The translations under genes and the position numbers were made by a program. A stretch of 64,000 nt of DNA. Source: an uncultured Armatimonadetes bacterium. Lineage in GTDB: Bacteria; Armatimonadota; UBA5829; DTJY01. The stretch is taken from assembly GCA_963717145.1 (NCBI GenBank), contig OY970325.1:5120001-5184000 (forward strand). Reading direction: 5' to 3'. Positions 9,448 through 17,778 of this stretch are shown here, piece by piece (within the stretch, counting starts at the first letter, position 1; each line of letters opens with the position of its first letter). The notes under the pieces are model-generated. The model was not told the DNA's origin and searched no databases. It worked only from the letters and a program-made list of their open reading frames with translations.

Positions 9448-10980
9448 TCAGGGCCTGCCCTTTCTTTCGTGAGGCGTCCAGTAGTTCCGGGGGTCTCGCT
9501 TCATGACATAGCGCGCCCGCGGGAGGGGCAGGGGATCTTCGACTCGCAGCCGCCAGGTGAGAAGCTCCTCCAGGAGTTCCGTCTGTTTCTCGGCATGCTC
9601 GTGCACCCCGTAGAGGTTCCTGACCTCCGACGGGTCGCGCTCGAGGTCATAGAGTTGCCCCGAACCCTGCATGTCGAATACCAGCTTCCAGTCTCCCTTG
9701 CGGACCATGCGCATCTGACCGCTCTGAGTCCATGAGTTCAGGCAGTCGAATCCTCCCCATTCGAGTTTCGCAGGAGTCAGCCCGTCCTCCGCCGGATCGA
9801 GGTCCTCGTGTCGGGTGTAGTGCAATCCGCCGAACCCGTGCTCGACGTAAGCGCTCTCGAACTCCTCCTCCGGGTAATCGCCGCCGGTCAGAAGCGGCCA
9901 GAGACTCCGTCCCTGGACCCCGTCAGGCATCGGAAGCCCGGCTGCTTCACAGAGCGTCGGCATGAGATCGACGATCGAGACGTGCGCGGGATGCGGCTCC
10001 TCCATGGGGCGAATCCCCGGGCCTGTGAACTGCATCGGAATCCGCACCAGCGCCTCGGGCAGCTCAGGCCCCTTGCGCATCAGGCCGTATTCGCCCACGG
10101 AATCCCCGTGGTCGGAGAGAAAGACGACAATCGTGTTCTCCCGCAGGCCCTGAGTGTCGAGAAACTGCACGAACCGCTTGATCTGATCGTCGAGCAGCCT
10201 CAGCATCCCCATGTAGTTCGAGCGCATCCGGGGAATCTGCTCCACGAAGTCCGGGAACGCCTTGATGAACGATTCTCGACACCATTGGAATGGGAAGCCC
10301 TTGACGCTGAGTGCCTCCTCACCGGCGGCCGGATCCGGGAGCGTCTCCGGCGGGAACATCGTATAATAAGGCTCCGGGACCTGGTATGGATTGTGCGGCT
10401 CGGGGAAGCTCAGCCACAGGAGGAATGGGTTCGTGCCCTGAGACTCGATCCACTTCTCCGCCCGAGTGACGAGCCGGTAGGGGATCTGGCACTCCAGGGG
10501 GAACGGCGCGGGCTCGACCGACATGTGGAAGTGCGTCGTCCTGAGCCAGTCGTCGAACGCCTTCTCCTCGGGCGCGCGCTCATGCCCGTCGATGCCGAGG
10601 TGGCCGCACTCGTACCAGAAGTCGGCCTTCTCCCGCTTGAGGTGCGAATGGTTCTTGCCGATGAGCGCCGCCTTGTAGCCGTTCGCGCGGAACAGATCGA
10701 AGAAGTCCGCCGAGTAGCAGGCGTCGGGGACGTTGTGATTCGTCCGCACACGATGAGCGCTCGGATACCGGCCGGTCAGCATGCTGATGCGCGCCGGGGC
10801 ACACACGGGCATGGACGTGTACGCGCGGTCGAACCACGTCCCCTCGTCTGCGAGCGCATCGAGGAACGGCGTCGTGTCGAGCGGGAATCCCTCGCGCCGG
10901 GATAGATCGGCCCGCTGCTGATCGGTCATGATGATGATCACGTTCGGCTTGTCCGGCACAGGCATGACCACACGATACAT
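9448..10980 (-). CDS. Sulfatase (cytoplasmic, Cys-type)
   Basis: PNVIIIMTDQQR, CAPAR.SMLTG, GKNH, SDHG, LYDLERDPSE; start may be 10965. Confidence 0.92.
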   Translation of the reverse strand: MYRVVMPVPDKPNVIIIMTDQQRADLSRREGFPLDTTPFLDALADEGTWFDRAYTSMPVCAPARISMLTGRYPSAHRVRTNHNVPDACYSADFFDLFRANGYKAALIGKNHSHLKREKADFWYECGHLGIDGHERAPEEKAFDDWLRTTHFHMSVEPAPFPLECQIPYRLVTRAEKWIESQGTNPFLLWLSFPEPHNPYQVPEPYYTMFPPETLPDPAAGEEALSVKGFPFQWCRESFIKAFPDFVEQIPRMRSNYMGMLRLLDDQIKRFVQFLDTQGLRENTIVVFLSDHGDSVGEYGLMRKGPELPEALVRIPMQFTGPGIRPMEEPHPAHVSIVDLMPTLCEAAGLPMPDGVQGRSLWPLLTGGDYPEEEFESAYVEHGFGGLHYTRHEDLDPAEDGLTPAKLEWGGFDCLNSWTQSGQMRMVRKGDWKLVFDMQGSGQLYDLERDPSEVRNLYGVHEHAEKQTELLEELLTWRLRVEDPLPLPRARYVMKRDPRNYWTPHERKGRP

Positions 10981-11037
10981 TCCCTTCTCCCTCACTGTCA
11001 AGCAGCCATTGACGCCCGAGCCACCAGCAGCTACAAT
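10972..11037. promoter_or_regulatory. Back-to-back divergent sigma70-type promoters
   Basis: Plus strand TTGACG(11009)-17-TACAAT(11032); minus strand TTGACA(11001)-18-TATCGT(10977). Confidence 0.6.
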
Positions 11038-11066
11038 GCCTGTATCCACGACCAAAGGAGAAGCCA

Positions 11067-12368
11067 GTGCAGAAGAAGTGCCTGATCATCATACTCGCCA
11101 TCCTCACCATCGTCGGGGCACAGTGCCTCGCCAAGGACCCGGTGCAGACCTCGCCGCTGTTCACCTACGTCAATCAGCCCGACAGCTCCTATGCCTGGAC
11201 CAAAGCCACGGAGACGAAGCTCGAGGGGGGCGCGACCTGGGTCAAGGTGGGCCTGACCTCCCAGACCTGGCAGAAGATCGTCTGGAAGCATGACCTGAGC
11301 ATCATCCTCCCAAAGACGATCCGCGATGGTTCGACCGTGCTCCTCCTCATCAGGCAGGATGCAACCGATCAGAACTACGCTCAGCGGGTGGCAGCCGGCG
11401 CTGATGTCATCGGCATGCCGATCGCCATCCTCGGCGACATCCCCAACCAGCCGCTGTGGGACAAGTATGAAGATGACCTCATCGCCCACACCCTCGTCAA
11501 GGCGATCGAGACCGGCGACCTGACCTGGCCGCTCCTCTTCCCGATGACCAAGAGCGTCGTGCGCGCTATGGACGCGATCCAGTCGCTCGCGAAGAAGGAG
11601 TGGAGAGCGCCCGTCAAGGGGTTCGTCGTGAGTGGCGCATCGAAGCGGGGATGGACCACTTACATGACCGGCGCGGTCGACAAGCGCGTCGTCGGGATCG
11701 GCCCCGGGGTCTACGATTGCCTGAATATGTCCAAGCAGATGGCGCACCAGATCAAGACCTACGGCTCGGCCAGCGCGATGGTCTCGGAGTACGACCAGCA
11801 GGGGCTGGTGCAGTTTGCCATGTCTCCCGAGGGCCGGGAGTTCGCCGCCATGGTCGATCCCTACACGTTTCGGAAGCAGCTCACAATGCCGAAGATGATC
11901 CTCCTCGGCTCGAACGACCCGTACTGGACGCTGGAATCGCCGAGCCTCTACTTCCGCGACCTGCCCGGCGACAACCACATCCACTACTCGCCGAACCAGG
12001 GGCATGTCTCACCGGACGAACTCGATGCTGCATATGCGCTGGCGGCGCTCGCGGTCGCGTGCGGGAAGGGGGAGCATCTGCAGAAGTTGACCTGGAGCTA
12101 TGCGCCGAAGCCGGACGGACTGCAACTGACGATCCGCCCGGGGAAGCAGGCACAAGCGGTCCGCGTCTGGACGGCCAACTCGGACACGAAGGACTTCCGC
12201 CAGGCCAGATGGACCGCGCACACCGTCGAGGGGAAATCCGGCGTCTACGTCTTCACCCTGCCCCGCCCGGAGAAGGGCTTCTCGGCCCTCTTCGGTGAGG
12301 CGGAGTACACCGAAAACGGCCTCGGCTACACTCAGAACACGACCCCCAGGATCTGGCCTGCGAAGTAA
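11067..12368 (+). CDS. PqaA-family (PhoPQ-activated pathogenicity-related) alpha/beta hydrolase, secreted
   Basis: LTSQTW, W.H.L.I, PNQPL, EDDLIA, WPLLFPMTKSVVRAMD, GASKRGWT, VDPY motifs; AAAGGAG RBS. Confidence 0.85.
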   Translation: MQKKCLIIILAILTIVGAQCLAKDPVQTSPLFTYVNQPDSSYAWTKATETKLEGGATWVKVGLTSQTWQKIVWKHDLSIILPKTIRDGSTVLLLIRQDATDQNYAQRVAAGADVIGMPIAILGDIPNQPLWDKYEDDLIAHTLVKAIETGDLTWPLLFPMTKSVVRAMDAIQSLAKKEWRAPVKGFVVSGASKRGWTTYMTGAVDKRVVGIGPGVYDCLNMSKQMAHQIKTYGSASAMVSEYDQQGLVQFAMSPEGREFAAMVDPYTFRKQLTMPKMILLGSNDPYWTLESPSLYFRDLPGDNHIHYSPNQGHVSPDELDAAYALAALAVACGKGEHLQKLTWSYAPKPDGLQLTIRPGKQAQAVRVWTANSDTKDFRQARWTAHTVEGKSGVYVFTLPRPEKGFSALFGEAEYTENGLGYTQNTTPRIWPAK

Positions 12369-12420
12369 CCGGTTGACGAACCCGAGAGGACAGGCGGGTT
12401 CGTTCCGGTGAATGGTATCG

Positions 12421-12609
12421 CTAGACACGGCGCTTTCGTCGGCGGCTGGACCGGGCCTGGTTCCACCAATCCGCCAGCGCGCCTGTCCCCGCCATCTCGC
12501 GGATCTTCCTGATCTGTTCGTCCACGGGAAGGCCCGCCAGTTCGTCCTGTACCTTGCGCTGTATTTCGTCCTTCATCCTCAAGACATCCAATCCATCTCT
12601 TGCGCTCAT
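12421..12609 (-). CDS. Small protein coupled to the PIN gene, probable antitoxin
   Basis: 62 aa, starts immediately after the PIN stop; D..RMK.EIQ motif common in PIN partners. Confidence 0.55.
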   Translation of the reverse strand: MSARDGLDVLRMKDEIQRKVQDELAGLPVDEQIRKIREMAGTGALADWWNQARSSRRRKRRV

Positions 12610-13062
12610 TCATACCACCTCTTTGGGACTATGTATCGCGATCGCGCCGTATCCTTCTCGAAGGTTGACTGCGTTGTAACCACGTATCTTGTCAAAATGC
12701 ACAATGTGCCTGAAGTTCCAACTCACTATAATGTCGCAATTGGCCACCGAAGCGATAGCCACATGGAGCGCATCGTTCTCGTTGGAGTGGCCCACGACGT
12801 CGGCGGCAAGGTACGCTCGGTGCAGGACAACAGCCTCATCCGTAGTTTCAACCGTCTCGATCAGATCCGCCGGCAAGGCGGCCAAGTAATCGCGTACTCT
12901 CTCGGGCGCAAGCTCGATCTCTGCTACGAGCAGATCCGAGATCACAAGCTCCGCGTCTCCGCGGCGGGCCATGTCGAAAAGCGCCAAGCTCTCGGACGTG
13001 AACTCGGAATCGAAACATCCACCTACGACGGACGCATCAATATACACGCGGGGTCGTTTCAT
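12610..13062 (-). CDS. PIN-domain ribonuclease (VapC-like toxin)
   Basis: VYIDASV...FDSEF, DALHVAIA, DIIVSWNFRHIV, I.SPKEVV. Confidence 0.9.
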   Translation of the reverse strand: MKRPRVYIDASVVGGCFDSEFTSESLALFDMARRGDAELVISDLLVAEIELAPERVRDYLAALPADLIETVETTDEAVVLHRAYLAADVVGHSNENDALHVAIASVANCDIIVSWNFRHIVHFDKIRGYNAVNLREGYGAIAIHSPKEVV

Positions 13063-13106
13063 TGGAAACAGCCTACCTCCCTGGTTGTGGGCTCCAGATC
13101 AATCAC

Positions 13107-13135
13107 ACTGTACTGCCTCCGTCCACAACTGTCAA
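13107..13135 (-). promoter_or_regulatory. Sigma70-type promoter of the PIN operon
   Basis: TTGACA-17 nt-TACAGT on the minus strand. Confidence 0.6.
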
Positions 13136-13261
13136 GAGATGATAGGAGTGCGGAGTGCCGGAAAGCGGGTAGAAACAACAAACGCACGTTGCTCATTCCA
13201 CTGGCAAGGAGAATCCGACTTGGAGCGCGAGAGAGATGTACCGCCCGGGAGTCAGGGAGTC

Positions 13262-14488
13262 GTGAGAGCCGTATTCCGGTCGGCGCTGATACTGCTGGTC
13301 GTTGGCGTGTCCCTGGCCCAATGCTCGGCGGACACGGTCATAATGTGGCACCCGTGGGTCAAAGGCAGGAGCACGGTCGCGGCCCTGGCGGCGGAGTACA
13401 CTCGTCAGACGGGAGTGCGAATCGAGCTGCGGGTATTCGATCCGAACGGCTATTACCCCTGGAAGGGCGGCTCGAGGCCCGACATCATCGGGCTCAGCTT
13501 CCCGAGCAAGCTCTCCGTGAAGACGAACGCACGTCTTGGTCGCCTCTATGACATGCAGCCGTCGATTACCCAGGGCTGGTACGCGGACCTGTGGACCGGT
13601 CCCCTCGAGACATTCGTGCTGCGAGGGAGCGATGCGCCGAACCGCAAGACCGGCACCTATGGAGTGCCGCTGACCGTCAACGTGAGGGCATTCATCTACA
13701 ATAAGAATCTGTTCAAGCGGGCCGGCGTCTCCCCGCCGCGCACCTGGAGCGAGTTTCTCGCGATCTCACGGAAACTGAAGAGCATCGGTGTCGTCCCCTT
13801 GGCGGGTGGTCTCGACGGCACATATCCCAGCTTTCCGGTGATCTATGAGTGGAGCTATCTCGGATCTAACTACCTCCTGGAAACCTACTTTGGGCGCTAT
13901 CCGTACACGGGATCCCGCTGGCAGAACGAGTTCAGGATATACGACGAGATGCGCCGTTATGGCATGACGACGTACAGCGCGGCTCAGATGGACCGGCCCA
14001 CGGCGGAGAAGTACTTCCTCTCGGGTAAGGCGGCGGTGATCCTCGACGGGCCGTGGTTCGAGACGATGCGTCAGGCGGTCAATCCCGGCTTCACGAAGTG
14101 GGGGGTATTCGGCCCACCGGTGGACAACCGGTCTCCGTTCCTGCCTCGGCTTCCCGGCGGCGTGTCCGAGGGGGCGGTCGTGAACAACAGCAGCATCAAC
14201 AGGGTGGCGGCGACGCGGTTCCTTCGGTGGCTGACCGAACCCGCCCAGCAGGTGAAGCTTGCCAACGCCATGGACAGCATACCCGTATCTATCAGGGCAT
14301 CGAAGTCGTTTTCGCTGGAGAGTCACCTGCGGGCGTTCGCACCTTACGTGAACTACTCGACGACCGAACTGCGATATGAGGAGAGTCCTCGCGTCTTGTC
14401 AACGCTATACACCGGCGCGCGGAATGTCGTTCGAGGAACGACGACACCATCCAGTGCGCTGAATGCTGCTCAGGCGGAGGCGAGGTAG
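13262..14488 (+). CDS. Extracellular solute-binding protein (sugar SBP family 1)
   Basis: Signal peptide; YGVP, FIYNKNLFKRAG..PPRTWSEF, F.SGKAA...DGPW, A..FL.WL; start GTG 13262 inferred from GGAG RBS. Confidence 0.85.
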   Translation: MRAVFRSALILLVVGVSLAQCSADTVIMWHPWVKGRSTVAALAAEYTRQTGVRIELRVFDPNGYYPWKGGSRPDIIGLSFPSKLSVKTNARLGRLYDMQPSITQGWYADLWTGPLETFVLRGSDAPNRKTGTYGVPLTVNVRAFIYNKNLFKRAGVSPPRTWSEFLAISRKLKSIGVVPLAGGLDGTYPSFPVIYEWSYLGSNYLLETYFGRYPYTGSRWQNEFRIYDEMRRYGMTTYSAAQMDRPTAEKYFLSGKAAVILDGPWFETMRQAVNPGFTKWGVFGPPVDNRSPFLPRLPGGVSEGAVVNNSSINRVAATRFLRWLTEPAQQVKLANAMDSIPVSIRASKSFSLESHLRAFAPYVNYSTTELRYEESPRVLSTLYTGARNVVRGTTTPSSALNAAQAEAR

Positions 14489-14494
14489 ATACCG

Positions 14495-16387
14495 ATGTCG
14501 ATAAGAGCGCGCGCAACATTGGTTACGGCGATATTCCTGGCGCTGCTGACCCTGACGCTGATAGGCCTGTGGCTCGGCTTGCAGGGTCGCTATCTCTACA
14601 ACGAGCAGTACAGGCGGGCGCGCGTTGTTACACGACTGGTCGAGGAGGTCTCTCAGCAACCGCTGGAGGAGGGCCATATCTTGCGCCTGGCCGAGGTCGC
14701 CGACAAGACGGCTGCGGACAAGACGATCTCGCGAGTCCTGATCTCCGATCGTACAGGCGCCGTCATGGCAGACAGCAAGCACAGCGACTACCTCAACACA
14801 CCGTTGCTCATGAAGCGCGCTCTCACGACCCAAGGTATCATCATCGAGCCCAAAGCGGGATCTTGGTGGGGCGCAATGGCGGTCCGGAATGATCTCGGCC
14901 AAGTCTTGGGTGGAGTCATGATAGAATTCCCGGCAGCGGACCTGGAGTCGGCGCAGAGACGCAGTCGGATCATGGGCCTGCTGCTGGCACTGGCGGGCAT
15001 CGGAGCAGGGAGCGGGCTCGCGTTCTTTGCCGCGCAGGTCATCACTCGGCCGCTCCAGAGGCTGCTCGAGGCGATCCGACGTCTGCAGAGAGGCGAGGCA
15101 GCGGAACCGGTCCCGGCGTCCGGCGGACCGGAACTCGCAGAGATCGGCGCGGCGTTCAACGAGATGTCGGGCGAAGTGAGGGAGCGGTTGCGGCGGCTCG
15201 AACTCCTGAACCAGATGGCCGCCGATCTTCCTCCGGCGTCAGACTTTCAGGCGATTGCGTTGACGATCCGCCAGTTCGCCCGGTCGATCATGGAAGCCAA
15301 GTCGTACATCTGGGTGATGGACCAGCTTTCACGCACACTGTCCTCGGTCCCGGCTGAGGATGGCGAGGCGGTGGGTGAGCCGGTTGCGGTGTCGCCGGAT
15401 ATCGCGGCGGGCAGAGCTTCCATTGAGAGGCGGACCCTGATCATCGGCGGCGTGGAGGCCGATCTCCCGGCGGGATCCGAGATCGTTCCCGGTTTGTCGG
15501 CGGACTCGGCGATGGTACTGCCCCTCATCACGCAGGAGGGGATTGCCGGCGTGCTCGCGTTGGCGTTCCCGGAGTCGGGGCGATGGATGACGCAAGACGA
15601 TAGGGTGATCGCTCGGGCGATCGGAAACGCCGCTGGCCCGGTCATCATGGCCAGGCTGCGCGCCGAGACTCAGTCGCGCACGGCGGCCGCCCTCCAATCG
15701 CTTCTGGTACCGACGGAGATGCCGTCCACCGGAGTAGATGTAGGCGCAGTCTATGCTCCGGCGGAGGAGATGGCGGGTCTCGGAGGCGATTACTATGACC
15801 TCGTTCCGCTGGGCGAGGATCGCTGGTGCATCATTGTCGGCGACACATCGGGCAAAGGCCTGGAGGCTGCCCAGCATACGGCGACCGTCAAGTACGTGAT
15901 CCGGTCGTACGTCCTGGAATACGGCGATTCGGCGGAAGCGCTCTCATGGAGCAACCGCGCGCTCGTCCTCCAGGAGCGGGCCGGCATGTTCATAACGGTC
16001 TTCTGCGGGATACTCAACACGGGATCGGGCGACCTGTCATATGCCAATGCAGGACACACAGCGCCGATCCTTTACAGTCGGGCCACGGGGAAGGTGGAAT
16101 ACGGTACCGCCGAGGGAATGGTGCTCGGAGTGATGCAGGGCGCGACGTACACGGACGTGTCCACTCGCCTGGAGTCCGGCGACATCCTGTGCGTGTACAC
16201 GGATGGGATAACCGAGGCCAGACGCGGCGAGGAGTGGTTCGGAGAGTCCGGATTGTCCGAGGTCATAGTCGCGAATGCGGACCGCACGGCGGATGAGATC
16301 TGCCAGGCCGTTCTGGGAAAGGTCAGGAATTTCCGGGGCGAGGGCCTGAAAGACGATGTAGTCCTCGTTGTCCTCAAGATGCCCTGA
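14495..16387 (+). CDS. Membrane-bound HAMP-GAF-SpoIIE (PP2C, RsbU-like) phosphatase
   Basis: Two TM segments, HAMP (ITRPLQRL...ELAEIGAAFNEM), GGDYYD, GDTSGKG, YANAGH, YTDGITEA, DD motifs. Confidence 0.92.
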   Translation: MSIRARATLVTAIFLALLTLTLIGLWLGLQGRYLYNEQYRRARVVTRLVEEVSQQPLEEGHILRLAEVADKTAADKTISRVLISDRTGAVMADSKHSDYLNTPLLMKRALTTQGIIIEPKAGSWWGAMAVRNDLGQVLGGVMIEFPAADLESAQRRSRIMGLLLALAGIGAGSGLAFFAAQVITRPLQRLLEAIRRLQRGEAAEPVPASGGPELAEIGAAFNEMSGEVRERLRRLELLNQMAADLPPASDFQAIALTIRQFARSIMEAKSYIWVMDQLSRTLSSVPAEDGEAVGEPVAVSPDIAAGRASIERRTLIIGGVEADLPAGSEIVPGLSADSAMVLPLITQEGIAGVLALAFPESGRWMTQDDRVIARAIGNAAGPVIMARLRAETQSRTAAALQSLLVPTEMPSTGVDVGAVYAPAEEMAGLGGDYYDLVPLGEDRWCIIVGDTSGKGLEAAQHTATVKYVIRSYVLEYGDSAEALSWSNRALVLQERAGMFITVFCGILNTGSGDLSYANAGHTAPILYSRATGKVEYGTAEGMVLGVMQGATYTDVSTRLESGDILCVYTDGITEARRGEEWFGESGLSEVIVANADRTADEICQAVLGKVRNFRGEGLKDDVVLVVLKMP

Positions 16388-16562
16388 CGAAATGCGGAAT
16401 GCGGGATTACGAATGCAGAATTGCGCATCCCCAACACCCACTACCGGGCCGTCTTGCGCCTCCTCTCCGTGCTGTGGTAGAGTCTGGGTGTCCCGGCGTT
16501 GGTGCGGATTTGTAATCCGGCCCGAACGCCTGAAGTATGAGTATGAGCGATCGGAGGCACAA

Positions 16563-17645
16563 ATGTCTTTCAATGGACTCGGGATGAACCTGGGCAACCT
16601 CTCGCGGCTATCATCGGCCAGGACGCGGTCGATCAGCCCTGAGAACTTCACCGGCGAGAAGGGCAAGGCCGGGATGTCGACCGACGGCCCCGCGATGAAC
16701 GCCGCCCGCGACCTCGGCCAGGGATGGAAGGTCTCGCCCTACATCCGCATCCAGCCGGGCGAGGAGCGCCTGCTCGCGGATATCGACGGGCCGGGCGCGA
16801 TCCAGCACATATGGATGACGCCGACCGGCCACTGGCGGTTCAGCATCATCCGCTTCTACTGGGACGGCGAGCCGACCCCGTCTGTCGAGTGCCCCGTGGG
16901 CGATTTCTTCGCATGCGGGTGGCAGAAGTACGCGCAGCTCTCATCGCTCCCGATCTGCGTCAACCCCGGGAGCGCGTTCAACTGCTACTGGGAGATGCCG
17001 TTCCGCAACTCGTGCCGCATCACGATGACGAACATCGCGCCAGAGGAGATGACGCTCTACTACCAGATCGACTACACGCTCACAGAAGTGCCGGAGGACT
17101 GTGCGTACTTCCATGCCCAGTTCCGCCGCACGAACCCGCTCCCGCACAAGGATGTCTACACGATCGCAGATGGCATCAAGGGGCAGGGGCAGTTCGTCGG
17201 CACATATATGGCGTGGGGCGTCAACAACACCGGCTGGTGGGGCGAAGGGGAGATCAAGTTCTTCATGGACGGGGACACCGATTTTCCGACGATCTGCGGC
17301 ACCGGCACGGAGGATTACTTCTGCGGCTCGTACAACTTCGATGTCGGCAAGGAAAACGGCGGATACAGGGAGTTCACGACCCCCTACGCCGGACTCCCGC
17401 AGGTGATACGCCCGGACGGACTCTACCAGTCGCAGCAGCGGTTCGGGCTCTATCGCTGGCACATCATGGACCCGGTGCGCTTCGAGAGCGACCTCAAGGT
17501 GACGATCCAGGCGCTGGGCTGGCGGAGTGGCGGACGGTATCTTCCGCTCCAAGATGACATCGCGTCGGTTGCGTTCTGGTATCAGGCCGAGCCACATGCC
17601 GCATTTCCATCTCTCCCGGAGAAGGATTGCCTCGAGGTGATCTAG
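16563..17645 (+). CDS. DUF2961 / glycoside hydrolase family 172 protein
   Basis: RSISPENFTGEKGK, GPGAIQHIWMT, NCYWEMPF, WWGEGEIKF, GTGTEDYF, YRWHIMDP; GGAGG RBS. Confidence 0.92.
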   Translation: MSFNGLGMNLGNLSRLSSARTRSISPENFTGEKGKAGMSTDGPAMNAARDLGQGWKVSPYIRIQPGEERLLADIDGPGAIQHIWMTPTGHWRFSIIRFYWDGEPTPSVECPVGDFFACGWQKYAQLSSLPICVNPGSAFNCYWEMPFRNSCRITMTNIAPEEMTLYYQIDYTLTEVPEDCAYFHAQFRRTNPLPHKDVYTIADGIKGQGQFVGTYMAWGVNNTGWWGEGEIKFFMDGDTDFPTICGTGTEDYFCGSYNFDVGKENGGYREFTTPYAGLPQVIRPDGLYQSQQRFGLYRWHIMDPVRFESDLKVTIQALGWRSGGRYLPLQDDIASVAFWYQAEPHAAFPSLPEKDCLEVI

Positions 17646-17778
17646 AAGGGCACAGTTATGGACGGTCGATCCCGGCGTAGAGAGGTCTGGGATGCGCTCC
17701 GGAGCCGTTTTGGCGACAAAGCCGATTGGGTAGAATAGTTCATCTAGTGGTACTCGACCGCTGTACAGGTGATATCGA

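Noticed and set aside
11067-12368. Virulence interpretation of the PqaA-family gene
   Set aside because: The family name is historical; context is environmental glycan catabolism and only a hydrolase fold is supported
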